Under the pieces are notes generated by a model. The model was not told the DNA's origin. It saw only the letters and a list, made by a program, of their open reading frames with translations, and ran no database searches. From contig CAVVLO010000002.1 in the NCBI GenBank assembly GCA_963749155.1, forward strand, positions 384,001-448,000: a stretch of DNA of 64,000 nucleotides, written 5' to 3'. The translations under genes were made by a program, and so were the position numbers. This stretch comes from an uncultured Armatimonadia bacterium. Lineage in GTDB: Bacteria > Armatimonadota > Zipacnadia > CAVVLO01. Shown here piece after piece: positions 45,934-57,465 of the stretch (position 1 is its first letter; every line of letters starts with the position of its first letter).

Positions 45934-48900
45934 CTAGTATTCCAGTCTTAACTCAATGGGGCCGAGTAAACCACTACGTCGCGTAATCGCCATCAGCGCA
46001 TTAGCCGCCGTGTTGGCGACCTCTACCACCAGCGAATTGGCGCCTTTCGAAACCCACTCGGAAAGGTCCAGCCGGTATGGGCGGAAGGCTCTGCCTCCTA
46101 CCAGCACTCCGTTCACGAATACCCTCGCCGTGTCGCCAACCTCGCCCAGGTCGAGTACAGCCAAATCCGGTAACTCGTCGAGGTCGAACTGGGTCTTGTA
46201 GCGCACCAGGCCAGAAAAATGGGCAAGCCCCTGCAGAGCCAGGTCCACCTCTGCGCTGATTTGCCTGGGCCTTGCAAGATGAGGCATCGGTTCCAGCGCG
46301 CCGAGTGTGAACTCGCCTGCCAGTCGCAGATGCTCAGGCACCAGGTCATTGGCGATGCGCCTGAGGTTGCTGGCCTTGCGGGGTCGCGATTTGCTGTAAT
46401 CGGCCACCAGAGTGAAGAGATTGACCCCTTGTCTTGCCATCTGACCAATTTGGGCTGACAGGAAATATCTGTCCAGCTTTCCAGTCTGGTCAAGAGCCAG
46501 CACTCGCCCATTGAGGGCAAGCGCCATCGGGCACTCCAGGGGTTCGGCCACAACCTGCAAGTCAGTACTAGCCGACTCCAGCACGAAAGTGGTCTTGAAC
46601 CAGCCTCTCACCGGCAGGTCGTCGACAATTGGCTCGGGCGGAGGCACAGGCCCAATATACTTGTCCTTCGGGAAGCTGCTCCCAGTCCTCGCCAAGCGCC
46701 GCAAGCAGGTCGTCAGCCGACTCGGCGGCGCGCTCGGGGTGATACCGCCAGTTGGGCAGGCGCACCCAGTTGGGAGTTATGCGCTCTACCTGCCAGTCGG
46801 TCAGTCGGCGGTTCTCCACCTTCCGCTCGGATCTGTCGGGCGCCGTGTAAAGAGGCACAGTTTGCTCGAAGGAAAGCACCACAGACTCGCCTGCCGCCAG
46901 TTCCAGTTGGACCTCGGCGACTGCGGCATCAAGGCGCTTCCATTGAAGATCGCCCCGAACTGTTCCGGCCGCCAGGTCTCCAAGTACTGGCACGCCTGCC
47001 GCCCTAAAATGGAATCTGAACTTGCCGCCGCCCTCTCCAAGATTTGTGATGAACCACCACTCAGCGCCTTCTCCACATCGCGCAAGATGCGCAAGAGAAG
47101 CCCCTTCGGGCTGTTCCACCACCGTCATCAAAGGTTGAAGCAAATCGGCGAAACTCTGGGCCAGCCACTCTGTGGCGGTTGCGTCAGGTAAAAGAGCAGG
47201 TGGAACCAGCAGGCTGACCTGACTTGTACCGGCGCTTCCAGCCCTGCCGGAGTCAGTCCGCAGGCTCTGCCACAGCGCGAAGGGTTCCGCGCCAAACAGC
47301 CTGCCCACTCCTTCTGAGAATCCAGTATCCTGCCCCTGTTCTGACTCCCAGGGAAGCGGGGCCACTGCGATAAGCTGCGCGCCTGCAGAAGCCAACTCCT
47401 GCAGTTTTTTCAAAGCGGAGCTCGAGAGCGTTGTCATTGGGGGTATGACCAGTGCCTGATAATCCTCCTCGCCCAGCACCAGCCTGCCACGTGCCGTCTC
47501 GACTTCTGCCAGGGCGACTTCATCTACAAAGTCATAATCGAGATGGACTTTCTCCAAGGCCGTGCAGGTCGCTTTAAGGCCACCTTCCACAACTTCGAAC
47601 AGGGGGTCTCTTCGGTCCGGAGTGAAATGAGCCCAGCCGCTTCGCGTTGGATACAGCACCAGTACCTCGGCGCGATGTACTCCGCATGATGCAAGATAAC
47701 AAGCGCGCCTGGCGTAATCGGCAAAATGGATATAGTGGTGGAAATATGGCTGCTGCGTAAATTCGCTAGGAGGCGCTTCGCGCTTTCGCCCGCCGAAAAC
47801 TGTCTGGTAGTGAGCATGGGGGCTGATAAGGTTTATCCCGCGAGTTATCTGCCAGTCCAGATTGCGCTTGCGCTCGTTGAAGGCGTTATCCCACCAGCTC
47901 GCGCCCCAACTTTCAGAAAGCACTCGGCTCTTGCCCTGTTGGTGCGCCACCGACGAGGCTATTTTGTGATAGAACTCATCGCAGTTGAAGCGCAGATTAT
48001 CAACGCCAGGCACATGCAACTCGCGTAATACCGCGAACAGATCGCCCTGCCTGAGAGTTTGCTGGTGAAGTATCTCCTCCGCCAGCGCATGGCCTGTCAG
48101 ATGCAGGCCATGGCGCTCGCACCATTGCCTTTGAGGCCGCCAGAAGTTCTCCACATAAAGGCTGGAGAGCACCTCAAAATAGTCTTGCCTGATTTGTGCC
48201 GTGCGTGGCCCAAAATTGTCATACAGCGCCGGCAGGCAAGGCAGCAAGTCATAACCTTTGCGCTTTTTGAACTCCCTCGCAAGCGCGGGGCTCCAGGGCA
48301 TCGCCATCGGATCGCTGATGTCCCAACAACTCAGCATGGACGCTTCATCCGAAAAGATGAGCGGGGCTGCCTTCCGCAGCAACTTGTCACCGAACGCTTT
48401 GCGCAGTTTGCGATGGGTTAAAGTGATGAAGCGATCGGTCGCCTTCTCGCTCGTAACATCAACATAACCCCCAGCTTTCGCCTCGAGGATGAATACCTCG
48501 ACGTCCTGCTCTGCCCGCAGGGTGTATTCGGGAGTCTCGAGTGGCACCTCGACAAGTTGCTCGAGGTCGCGTGTCCCGTCCTCGCCCAGCACTGAAAGCA
48601 GCAAAGCCACCGGGTCAGATGCGAAGACAAGTTCGGCGACTTCACCTTTGTGGAGGAAGAGTCGGGTGCAAGCCAGATATTGCGAGCAGAAGCCTGGCCT
48701 GTCCTTCGTCACCTGCCCATCACAGGTGCCGCTAGGCCAGTTGTTCTCATCGTAGAGACAAGCATCGAAGCCCACCTCGGCTGCCGCGCGAGTGGCTTCT
48801 TCGAGGGCTTTGAGGTAAGGTTTGCCCAGATATTCGCCCAGCATCCCATGGCGGGGATGCATAAAGGCGCCGCCCATCCCCTGCGCGCGCATCGAGCGCA

Positions 48901-49003
48901 CGTCGGCTGCCCAGGCGTTACCATCAATCGGGCCGTTCATAAAGTAGAAAGGATAAGGCGCAAATCCCAGGGGAGCCTCTTCAAGCGCCTGCTTCAGGAA
49001 CAT
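45934..49003 (-). CDS. GH106 (alpha-L-rhamnosidase)-like glycoside hydrolase (apparent +1 base at 46651-46653)
   Basis: LYDENNWPSG, IFSDE, SESWG; C-terminal LDLGEV..ARVFVNG..N.L.VEVANT..SGLLGP. Removing one G gives YWPVPPPEPIV and joins the two ORFs (about 1022 aa). Confidence 0.75.
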
Positions 49004-49025
49004 TTGCGGCCACCTTCCTGGTGTC

Positions 49026-50387
49026 TTAATTTGTAAGGCTACGCAAGGGCGCCGGCATCCGGCCGCCTCTCAGGATAAATCGCCTGCTGCTTAACTTCGA
49101 GACAGTCATTATCGTTCCTTCGCCAAGCAGGCCACCAAGCTTCACAGTGTCGCCTGCCTGTTTACCTGGCACGGGGATGAGCCTGGCCCCGGTCGTCTTG
49201 TTGTTCGCAACCCCTATGGCCAGTTCATCCGCAATAAGCGCAGCCAGCGTCTCGGCTGGGGTGTCCCCTGGCAGGGGCACCATATCCAGTCCCACCGAAC
49301 AGATTGCCGTCATCGCTTCCAGCTTCTCGATAGAGAGATGCCCTTCTGCCGCCGCGCGGGCCATTGCGGTATCTTCCATCACGGGTATGAAAGCGCCCGA
49401 TAGCCCTCCCACGCTGCTGCTTGCGAAAGTGCCGCCCTTCTTGACCGCGTCGGTCAGCAGGAACAGCGCCGCTGTTGAACCAGGTATACCCGGCGCCTCA
49501 AGTCCCATCGCCATCAGTATCTCGCCGACGGAATCGCCCGGCACAGGGGTTGGGGCCAGAGAGAGATCCACGATGCCAGGCTTTACGCCAAGGCGCAGCG
49601 CCACTTCGCGGCCTATTAGCTCTCCCACCCGCGTTATTTTGAAAGCCGCCTTTTTGACCGCTTCAGCAAGCTCGGTCAGGCTGGCGTCGGGCAACTGCTC
49701 CACCATCGCGCGGATGACCCCAGGCCCGCTGACTCCAACGTTGATGACAGCCTCCGGCTCGCCCGGCCCGTGGAAGGCGCCGGCCATAAAAGGATTATCC
49801 TCGGGCGCATTGGCGAAAACGACGAACTTGGCGCAGCCCAGCGCGTTCTCGGCCGCTGTAAGTTCGGCAGTGCGCTTGATAACCTCGCCACACAAGGCCA
49901 CCGCGTCCAGGTTGATACCACTTTTTGAACTGGCGGCATTGACGCTCGCGCATAAACGCTGGGTGCTGGCCAGCACCTCGGGCAGACTGGCAATGAAGAC
50001 AGCCTCGGCCTCCGAGTGGCCTTTATGCACCAGAGCCGACCAGCCTCCCAGAAAATCTATACCTAATTCAGCGGCTGTCTCATCCAGCGCCCTGGCGATG
50101 GCCAGTTGCTCGGGCGCCGGGAGATTCGCAACCAGCTCCGCCATCGGAGTCAGGGCTATCCGGCTGTTGGCTACAGGTACGCCATACTCCCGGCTAACCT
50201 GGCGCACCGTTTCGACCAGTTTGCCCCCGAACCGGCGCAGTTTTGCCTGAAGCCGAGGGATTATCTCCTCCGCGCTTTGCCCCGCGCAGTCCTGTACCGA
50301 CAGACCCAGGGTCGCAGCGCGGACATCGAGATGCTCGGTGCGCACCATCCGCAGCGTTTCGGCCAGCTCTTCGACCTCAAACTTCAT
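49026..50387 (-). CDS. DUF711/UPF0210 (PFL-like) protein
   Basis: CAKFVVFANAPEDNPFMAGAFHG, VGGLSGAFIPV, GVANNKTT. Confidence 0.93.
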   Translation of the reverse strand: MKFEVEELAETLRMVRTEHLDVRAATLGLSVQDCAGQSAEEIIPRLQAKLRRFGGKLVETVRQVSREYGVPVANSRIALTPMAELVANLPAPEQLAIARALDETAAELGIDFLGGWSALVHKGHSEAEAVFIASLPEVLASTQRLCASVNAASSKSGINLDAVALCGEVIKRTAELTAAENALGCAKFVVFANAPEDNPFMAGAFHGPGEPEAVINVGVSGPGVIRAMVEQLPDASLTELAEAVKKAAFKITRVGELIGREVALRLGVKPGIVDLSLAPTPVPGDSVGEILMAMGLEAPGIPGSTAALFLLTDAVKKGGTFASSSVGGLSGAFIPVMEDTAMARAAAEGHLSIEKLEAMTAICSVGLDMVPLPGDTPAETLAALIADELAIGVANNKTTGARLIPVPGKQAGDTVKLGGLLGEGTIMTVSKLSSRRFILRGGRMPAPLRSLTN

Positions 50388-50399
50388 TCCGGCCGCCCC

Positions 50400-50690
50400 C
50401 TAGATGCGGTGCATATACTGGAAGATGCGCTCGTGCTGGGCCTGGATAGCCACCCCGAGTTCTTCTCCAACCCGGTTCAACTCTTCCTGCAGTTCTTCCA
50501 GGCTGCATTTGGCGCCAGCCATATCCACGACCATCGCCATCACAAAAAATTCGCCTTGCAGGATGGACTGGGTGATATCAAGGATATTGACTTGTCTTTC
50601 AGCAAGGGCCTTCGACACGTTATAGACTATCCCGACGCGGTCGTGACCAGTCACCGTCAGGACTACGCGGTCTTTCTCGGCAGTGCTCAT
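50400..50690 (-). CDS. ACT-domain protein (UPF0237)
   Basis: LTVTGHDRVGIV, NILDITQ, IFQYMHRI. Usual partner of DUF711. Confidence 0.92.
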   Translation of the reverse strand: MSTAEKDRVVLTVTGHDRVGIVYNVSKALAERQVNILDITQSILQGEFFVMAMVVDMAGAKCSLEELQEELNRVGEELGVAIQAQHERIFQYMHRI

Positions 50691-50692
50691 AA

Positions 50693-51811
50693 CTACCTCC
50701 TCAGGCTGAAACGCCCAGAGGGCGCTCTCAGCACCTTCCCATAAGCCTCGAGCAGGGTCAGCGTCGAGGCGACCTGCGCAGCCGGAAGTCCACTGCGTCC
50801 CGCCAGCTCTTCTGGCGTGCAGTCACCTTCGCGAAGCAGCCCTAGCAGTGCTTCTCCCGCCTCATCCTCAAGGCCAAAATCGTCTTCGGGTTCAGGCGCG
50901 GTTGCAGGTCCTGAAGGTTCCAAACCTGGCAGAGGCGCCTGATAGCGCGGGCCGCCCATCAGCTCCAGGATGTCTTCGGCCGACTCGACAAGCGCCGCTC
51001 CCTGCCTCAGCAACTGGTGCGGGCCTTCGCTCCCCTCGGCGCCGATGGCATGAGGCACCGCGCCTACGTTGCTGCCTTGTTCGAGAGCGAGTTCGGCGGT
51101 TATAAGCGCGCCACTACGCTCGCTGCATTCAGTGACCACAACCGCCTTGGCCAGCCCTGCCAGAATCCGGTTGCGCGCCGGGAAGCGCCATCTGGCCGGC
51201 TGGGTACCCAGCGGGAATTCGCTCACAAGTGCCCCCTGCGCCGCTATCCGGGAGAAAAGCTCCTCATGCTGCCGCGGATAACAGACATCCAGGCCACAGC
51301 CGAAGATGGCAATCGTCTTGCCGGCTTCGAGCGCGCCTTCATGGGCTGCCGCGTCGATACCCAGCGCCCCTCCGCTTATAACCAGGCACCCTGCCTGAGC
51401 CAGGTCTACTGCAAGCCGGCGCGTTACCGCCAGGCCATATCCGGTTGGCTTGCGCGTGCCGACCAGCGCAACAGCGGGCTGAGCGAGCAAGCAGGGATCG
51501 CCCAGCACGAACAGGCAATGAGGAGGACTGGCCAGGTGGCGCAGAGGTTCTGGATACTCGGGCGCGGCTCTCGTGAGGGCCGTGGCGCCCAGCTCCGCAA
51601 GTCTGGCGACTTCGGCTTCGAGGCCCGAGGCAGCGATAGAAAGCCGGGGCAACTCGGCGGGACGAAAACCCAGTGCCCCAAGAGCGCGTTCTTTATGCGC
51701 GCCGGCCAACTCAGGCAGTTCGGCTAGCTGCTCCGAGGTTAGCCTCCGCACCCGGTTAGGCGGAGTTTCGGCTAGCGCAAGCAATAACCAGGCTTTTTCC
51801 TCTGACTTCAC
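50693..51811 (-). CDS. dprA: DNA processing protein DprA
   Basis: VALVGTRKPT.YG, SGGALGIDAAAH, FPARNRI, SGALITA, C-terminal winged helix. GTG at 51811 has a GAGG SD. Confidence 0.93.
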   Translation of the reverse strand: MKSEEKAWLLLALAETPPNRVRRLTSEQLAELPELAGAHKERALGALGFRPAELPRLSIAASGLEAEVARLAELGATALTRAAPEYPEPLRHLASPPHCLFVLGDPCLLAQPAVALVGTRKPTGYGLAVTRRLAVDLAQAGCLVISGGALGIDAAAHEGALEAGKTIAIFGCGLDVCYPRQHEELFSRIAAQGALVSEFPLGTQPARWRFPARNRILAGLAKAVVVTECSERSGALITAELALEQGSNVGAVPHAIGAEGSEGPHQLLRQGAALVESAEDILELMGGPRYQAPLPGLEPSGPATAPEPEDDFGLEDEAGEALLGLLREGDCTPEELAGRSGLPAAQVASTLTLLEAYGKVLRAPSGRFSLRR

Positions 51812-51889
51812 TCGGCGACCTCGCGACTGGAAGGAGTTCGCCGCAAAGGTACCAGTCAAAGCCTCCGAGAGCAAGGGGCGGCAGGTTGG

Positions 51890-53179
51890 CTAGAAGACTG
51901 CCAGGCCACATCCAGTTAGTTGCGCGAGCAGCTCGAGCGGGCCCAGGTGGTCTCCATAGGCCAGAGCATAATGGTGGCATTCCGCCTCGCGGAGCAACCT
52001 GGGCGCATCAGCCACTTTCACGCCAACAGCGGTTCTGCAACTTACGGTATCCTGGGTCCAGGCCAGTTCGCCCTTGATAACTTCGAAGCTTGCACCACCA
52101 GGTTGCACCCCGAACAAGGTCACTGGAGCGCCAGCCCGCAAGCCCGCAAAACACGTTACTCCTAGTTCTGTGCCATGCCAGTCATGCAACTCGGGTCGAG
52201 AGCGTGCATACGCAAGGCCAGGCGCCACAAAGTCGCTGTTCAAGCTCACTATATTCTCATCAAGGTCACGCTCGGTGTTGTTGTGGAACAGGTCCCCCAG
52301 GAATACCGGCCCCCCAACTGTTTTACCAAGGATCGCTGTCGCCAGCACCGCTGCCAAATCACACTGGCAACCCCAGGCCTTGCCCTCTTCGATAAGGAGA
52401 GAAGCCGCAAGACAAGGCACATACTCTTTGTCCGTCAGCCCCTCGCAATCGAAACAGGCTCCGTCAGCCGCCCTTTCTTCCAGCAAAGCCTTCAGCGCCA
52501 GGTATATGCGCGCATAAAAGGAAAGTTTTTCCGACCTGCGGTCTCGCACCGAAAAACGCTCCTGCCATTTACTGGCCAGCAGCTCGCCTTCCTCATGAGA
52601 GATCTGATTAACCCGGGCCAGATAATCATGCAAGCTGATTTGCTCGAGGTGGAAGCCAAACCTGTCTTCGAGCCCGGCCAGATCCGATGCGCCGTGCGCG
52701 CCGGCCTCTGGCAGTTCGCCAATAACCAGGATTTTCAATTCTGCAAGGTATTTTGCGAGCCACGCGCCAGTAAGCAGAAACTGGACTTCCTTCGACTTCA
52801 CGGGGATAAAGGAGTAAGGCTCGCGCCCGCCAGGCAGATAACGCGCGCTCCAGCAGCGCCCCCAGGAATCCCACTCTGGAAGCAGAGGTTTACCCAGGCT
52901 CCAAAGGGCCTGCACCTGGTCTGAAGTCAACCGCCCAGCCACCAGCACATCAGGCTGCCTGGCCCGTACCTGCTCAAGGGATAGCGTCTCGTCGGGTTCG
53001 AGAACAAGCGGGGGCAATACGGTCACGAAGTCCAGCACTTGTTCCAGATGCTCCAGACTTACATCCTGGGGAGGGTGTTCTTCAGCCCTGTCTTTTTCTC
53101 TGGCTGGGGGAGCGGTGACTAGTTCGCCAGGCTCTGCCAGGGCACTCACGGAGGTCACGTGCAAGAGTCTCAGCTTCAT
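51890..53179 (-). CDS. L-fucose/L-arabinose isomerase-like protein
   Basis: PCLAASLL..G..WGCQCD, GAPVTL, CRTAV, HHYALAYGD C-terminal isomerase-like fold. Confidence 0.6.
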   Translation of the reverse strand: MKLRLLHVTSVSALAEPGELVTAPPAREKDRAEEHPPQDVSLEHLEQVLDFVTVLPPLVLEPDETLSLEQVRARQPDVLVAGRLTSDQVQALWSLGKPLLPEWDSWGRCWSARYLPGGREPYSFIPVKSKEVQFLLTGAWLAKYLAELKILVIGELPEAGAHGASDLAGLEDRFGFHLEQISLHDYLARVNQISHEEGELLASKWQERFSVRDRRSEKLSFYARIYLALKALLEERAADGACFDCEGLTDKEYVPCLAASLLIEEGKAWGCQCDLAAVLATAILGKTVGGPVFLGDLFHNNTERDLDENIVSLNSDFVAPGLAYARSRPELHDWHGTELGVTCFAGLRAGAPVTLFGVQPGGASFEVIKGELAWTQDTVSCRTAVGVKVADAPRLLREAECHHYALAYGDHLGPLELLAQLTGCGLAVF

Positions 53180-53316
53180 CCAGACCACCTCACCTGGAGC
53201 CAACTGCCTTGCCTTCCTTATCTATGATACACCCGATTTCTGGCTGCAGGCCTGCCCGGTGAGTAAAAAAACTTTAGCGGAAAACTCTCAGAATCCCTTT
53301 TAATCAGGAGTTCCTG

Positions 53317-55191
53317 TCAAGCAGGAGGCTGTTCCTCCTCTGGCGGGGTCTGTAGAGAGAATTCGTCCAGTTCTTCCAGCGAGTAGCGCAGACTGAGCAC
53401 CGGCGTCTTGGGTTCATTACGTAGCGCAAACTGGAGCCACAAGGCCGAGTGGTTATGCAACAAAGCTTCCCAGGGGCTGTCTGTGACGAACTCCGAGACC
53501 AGGATAGTCACATAGTCGAAGCCTTCTTCCGAATGGGCCTTTTGGGCATATTCAAGTAACGGAGTGGCCAGTTCGCGATAAGGCGACTGGACTACCTCCA
53601 GTAGGACCTCAGGCGCCCAGTTGTTCCACATCTGCTGAACCCGAGGATTATGCGAGCCCTCTATCTCGATGTGAACCGCGCGGACATCTGTGGAGAGCGT
53701 AAGGGCGTATTGCACTGCTTTTAGCACGCCCCGGTGCATTCCCGCCACTGGCACTAGCACCAGGTTGCGCGCGCCTGCCGTGACCGCAGTTGCGCCTTCC
53801 AGCGACAGCTTGCTTGCAACATAGTTATAGTGTTTTCTGATGCGACTGGTCATCCATACCAGTGCTGGAATAAGCAAGGCCACCAGCCAGGCGCCATCTC
53901 GCGCCTTCTCAAACAGCAGCACCACCAGCACCAGGCCTGTTGTCAAGGTGCCAAGCGAGTTGATGACGAGTCTGAACTGCCAGGCACTTCCTCGCTCTCT
54001 CAGCCAGTGGACTACCATACCGGCCTGGGACATCGTGAAGGCGAGAAACACACCGATGGCATAAAGGGGAATGAGCGCATGGACTTCCGCCTTGAAGGCC
54101 AGGACCAGAAGGCCAGCTGTGATTCCGAGTGCCAGGATACCGTTGGAATAGACCAGCCTGTCTCCCAGGTTGGTCAGTTGGCGCGGCAAGAAACCATCAG
54201 CCGCTTCTATTGCCGCCAGCCGGGGGAATCCATTGAAGCTGGTGTTCGCCGCGATAATGAGTATTACGCAAGTGAATATCTGTACCAGGTAATAGAATAA
54301 CGTCCCGCCTCCGAAGATTGCCCTGCCGAGTTGCGAGAGGACCGTTTCGTTCGCCAGGGGCACTAGTTCGAGCGCTCTGGCCAGGTAGGTAACTCCAAGA
54401 AAGATGATCGCAAGAAGCAGCCCAAGCAGTACCAGCACGCGCCCTGCGTTGCGCGCGGCCGGCTCCTTGAAGGCCTGCACCCCGTTACTGACCGCTTCGA
54501 TACCTGTCAGGGCTGCACAGCCCGAGGCGAAAGCCTTCAGCAAAAGGAAGAAGCCAAGGCCGTGACTGATTTCCAGGGCTGGGTAAGTTGCGACCGGCAT
54601 TGGCGCGCCTGTTGCCAGCTTGTAGAAACCGAGTAGCAACAAGGCGGCCATAACTGCTAGAAAACTGTAGGCGAACACCGCAAACAACCGAGCTGATTCT
54701 CTGACTCCGCGCAAGTTGACCAGTGTTATCAGCGCTATAGCTCCGAGGGTAAGCTCTACTCGCAGGTCGTGGAGCGCAGGCGCTGCCGAAGTTATGGCTG
54801 CTACCCCTGAAGAGACACTAACCGCCACTGTCAGCACATAGTCGCTCATCAACGCCGCGCCCGCTATCTGCGCCGCCAGCGGGCCAAGATTTTCGCGGCT
54901 GACGACGTAGGAGCCGCCTCCACCTGGATAGGCGTGTACCACTTGCCTGTATGAGACAACCACTATGAAGAGCAAGATGACGATGGCTGAGGAAACTGAA
55001 AGGGAGTAGTGCAGGCCTGCTGCGCCAGCCACAACCAGTGCAATCAGTATCTCTTCCGTCGCGTAGGCCGTTGATGAAAGGGCATCGGAAGCGAAGACCG
55101 CAAGGCCAAGAAAATTGTTCAACCTTTCATGTGCCAGTTGCCTGGTTTCGAGTGGCTTGCCAAGTAGCAGACGGCGAATAGTGCTAGGCAT
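53317..55191 (-). CDS. APC-family permease, KimA/YdaO-like (probable K+ uptake)
   Basis: SDALSSTAYATEE, YPGGGGSY, ALTGIEAVSNG, SPYREL..P, LLHN in the cytoplasmic domain. Confidence 0.85.
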   Translation of the reverse strand: MPSTIRRLLLGKPLETRQLAHERLNNFLGLAVFASDALSSTAYATEEILIALVVAGAAGLHYSLSVSSAIVILLFIVVVSYRQVVHAYPGGGGSYVVSRENLGPLAAQIAGAALMSDYVLTVAVSVSSGVAAITSAAPALHDLRVELTLGAIALITLVNLRGVRESARLFAVFAYSFLAVMAALLLLGFYKLATGAPMPVATYPALEISHGLGFFLLLKAFASGCAALTGIEAVSNGVQAFKEPAARNAGRVLVLLGLLLAIIFLGVTYLARALELVPLANETVLSQLGRAIFGGGTLFYYLVQIFTCVILIIAANTSFNGFPRLAAIEAADGFLPRQLTNLGDRLVYSNGILALGITAGLLVLAFKAEVHALIPLYAIGVFLAFTMSQAGMVVHWLRERGSAWQFRLVINSLGTLTTGLVLVVLLFEKARDGAWLVALLIPALVWMTSRIRKHYNYVASKLSLEGATAVTAGARNLVLVPVAGMHRGVLKAVQYALTLSTDVRAVHIEIEGSHNPRVQQMWNNWAPEVLLEVVQSPYRELATPLLEYAQKAHSEEGFDYVTILVSEFVTDSPWEALLHNHSALWLQFALRNEPKTPVLSLRYSLEELDEFSLQTPPEEEQPPA

Positions 55192-55252
55192 CGTGCCCTA
55201 CCTCCTGGATATGCGGCGATTATGCGCCTGAGCGCAAGACCGCGCAAGAAGG

Positions 55253-56278
55253 TTATCTGGCGATTTCCAGTTTGACAAAAACTGGCAGGTGGTCGGAGGA
55301 CGTAGTAGGCAATACTCTGGCTTTGAGAGGGCGCACCTCGGAACTGGCCAGCACATGATCAATGGTCATTACAGGCAGTTCCGCGGGGAAGGTATACCCC
55401 AGGCCAAATCCAACTTGCTGGAAGCTGTCGTTTCCAAGTGTTGCCAGCCGCTGCCAGATAAGCCCTCGGGGCGGGGTATTGAAGTCGCCTGCCATCACCC
55501 AGGGTCCGGCGAGAGTATGAACATATTGCTCCAGAGAGTCCACCTGGCGCTGTCTTAGGCCCAGTTGCTTCTTGAAACGCGACCTCAGCGGAGTGCCTCT
55601 CTGGGCGGCTTCGATTGGCGCATTGGCGGTTACCAGATGCGCGCAGATGACTGTGACAGGTTGGTTGTCTACCTGGATGGTGGCCGCAAGCGCTTCAGAA
55701 CGCGGCCCAGTCTCAAGCAAGGGGATCTCCCTAGGGGCCAGTAAGGGCAGTCTGGCGCCGATGACAAGCATATCCCAGCGGACGAAACAGTATTCTGGAA
55801 GCTCCCTGGCAAGCTTCTGGCGCAGGCTGTCGCGCTCTCCAAAATCGCGCGCTTCCTGAAGGCAGATGATCTCAGGATAAGCGGAGGCGATACGCTCTAC
55901 GATGGCGTCCAGCCCCGCCTGGCCACGGTGGATGTTCCAGGTCATCAGGCTGACGGTCGGCTGCCCAGCCGGTTCAACTTCCTGATGCACTTGCAGGCCC
56001 AGAAAGTACCCTAGCGCCAGCCCGACGGCCAGTACCACCGGCGCGAAAACGTACCAGCGCCTGGCGAACAGAGCCAGCAGCACCAATAGCGCCGTCGGCA
56101 ACACCAGAGGCGCCTGAGGCATATAGGTAAGCACCGCAGTCATCCAGTTGCGCTCGGCAACGTGCTGTTCCAGCGCCCAGGCCACCAGCAGGAAAGCCAG
56201 ATTGAGCCAGGCCAGCGTCGCGATTACACGAGTGGCCCTGCCAGTACGTTTTCCTGTTGTCTGCCGTGGTTTGTTCAT
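55253..56278 (-). CDS. Membrane-anchored endonuclease/exonuclease/phosphatase-family protein
   Basis: Three N-terminal TMs, TWNI, LQEA, GDFNTP, IDHV, SDHLPV. Confidence 0.9.
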   Translation of the reverse strand: MNKPRQTTGKRTGRATRVIATLAWLNLAFLLVAWALEQHVAERNWMTAVLTYMPQAPLVLPTALLVLLALFARRWYVFAPVVLAVGLALGYFLGLQVHQEVEPAGQPTVSLMTWNIHRGQAGLDAIVERIASAYPEIICLQEARDFGERDSLRQKLARELPEYCFVRWDMLVIGARLPLLAPREIPLLETGPRSEALAATIQVDNQPVTVICAHLVTANAPIEAAQRGTPLRSRFKKQLGLRQRQVDSLEQYVHTLAGPWVMAGDFNTPPRGLIWQRLATLGNDSFQQVGFGLGYTFPAELPVMTIDHVLASSEVRPLKARVLPTTSSDHLPVFVKLEIAR

Positions 56279-56293
56279 CGCTAATAAACCTGG

Positions 56294-56325
56294 AAACCGG
56301 TGGAGAGCTGAAAGCTCCCCACCGG
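56294..56325 (-). terminator. Probable terminator after Gfo/Idh/MocA pair
   Basis: CCGGTGGGGAGCT-TTC-AGCTCTCCACCGG followed by TTT. Confidence 0.6.
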
Positions 56326-56344
56326 CCGGTTGATGTTGGTGAGG

Positions 56345-57445
56345 TTAGGCGTCAAGCGCGCCCTGGCGAAGGCCGAGAGGCAGCGCGGCAGGCCGCTGGC
56401 AGGTCGTGGTCAACTCGATATAGCGGCTCTCAACCGAGGCCTCATGGATGGCGTGCATTATATCCAGCACATGCAACGCCAGGTTGCCGCTGGCTCGATG
56501 GGGCCGGCCGCTCCTCAGCGCGCAGGCCATATCCGCCACGCCCGTGCTGCGACTGATGTCATCCAGGCCATGCGTGTGAGGGACTTCCATCCAGCCGGCG
56601 CCCGGTTTTAGCACCCTGACCACGCCACCTGGGTTGTTTGGATCGGGCACTGAGAGACAGCCTCGCGTGCCGTAGATCTCAATCCAGGGCAACGAGTGGC
56701 CCCAGACATCCCAACTGGTGATGATATTCGCGATGGCGCCGCAGGCGAAGTCCACCACCCCCACTACATGTGTGGGGACTTCCACCTCTATCTGTTTGCC
56801 ATAGTTGGGCTGGCTTGTAATAGTGCGCACAGGCTCGCTGATACGCGCCGACCCGCATACGCGCCTGGCCGGCCCCAGCAGGTTGATGAGCGCGGTCAGG
56901 TAATAGGGCCCCATATCGAACATCGGGCCGCCACCGACTTGATAGAAGAAAGTCGGATCTGGATGCCAGTTCTCACTGCCATGCCCCAGCATAAAAGCCG
57001 TAGCGCCAACAGGCTCGCCAATCCAGCCATCATCAATCAGCTTGCGACAGGTCTGATGCCCTCCGCCAAGGAAAGTATCTGGCGCGCAACCAACCAGTAC
57101 CCCCCTGGCCTTCGCGGCTTCGACCAGTCTGATGCCTTCCTCGCGCTTTACGCTAAGGGGCTTCTCCGTCCAGACGCTCTTGCCGGCCTCAACACAACGC
57201 ATCGAGACCTCGAAATGTGCTTTGGGCACCGTCAGGTTGATGGCGATCTCGATCTCGGGATCGGCAATCAGCTCGTCCACGCTGCAAGCGCGAGGCACTC
57301 CAAACTCTTCGGCTCTGGCTTTTGCGCGCTCGGGCAGCAAATCAGAACACGCCACGACTTCCAGCAGGTCGAACAAGGGGCACATCCGGAGATAAGCCGG
57401 GCTGATGTTGCCGCAGCCAATCAGGCCAACCTTCACTTTCTGCAT
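56345..57445 (-). CDS. Gfo/Idh/MocA oxidoreductase, copy B
   Basis: [26 protein letters not shown] at 57445. Confidence 0.93.
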   Translation of the reverse strand: MQKVKVGLIGCGNISPAYLRMCPLFDLLEVVACSDLLPERAKARAEEFGVPRACSVDELIADPEIEIAINLTVPKAHFEVSMRCVEAGKSVWTEKPLSVKREEGIRLVEAAKARGVLVGCAPDTFLGGGHQTCRKLIDDGWIGEPVGATAFMLGHGSENWHPDPTFFYQVGGGPMFDMGPYYLTALINLLGPARRVCGSARISEPVRTITSQPNYGKQIEVEVPTHVVGVVDFACGAIANIITSWDVWGHSLPWIEIYGTRGCLSVPDPNNPGGVVRVLKPGAGWMEVPHTHGLDDISRSTGVADMACALRSGRPHRASGNLALHVLDIMHAIHEASVESRYIELTTTCQRPAALPLGLRQGALDA

Positions 57446-57465
57446 CAGGTTCTCTCCTCTGGAAA

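Noticed and set aside
55192..55252. c-di-AMP (ydaO) riboswitch expected before the KimA-like gene
   Set aside because: The intergenic gap is only about 60 nt and shows no recognisable aptamer.
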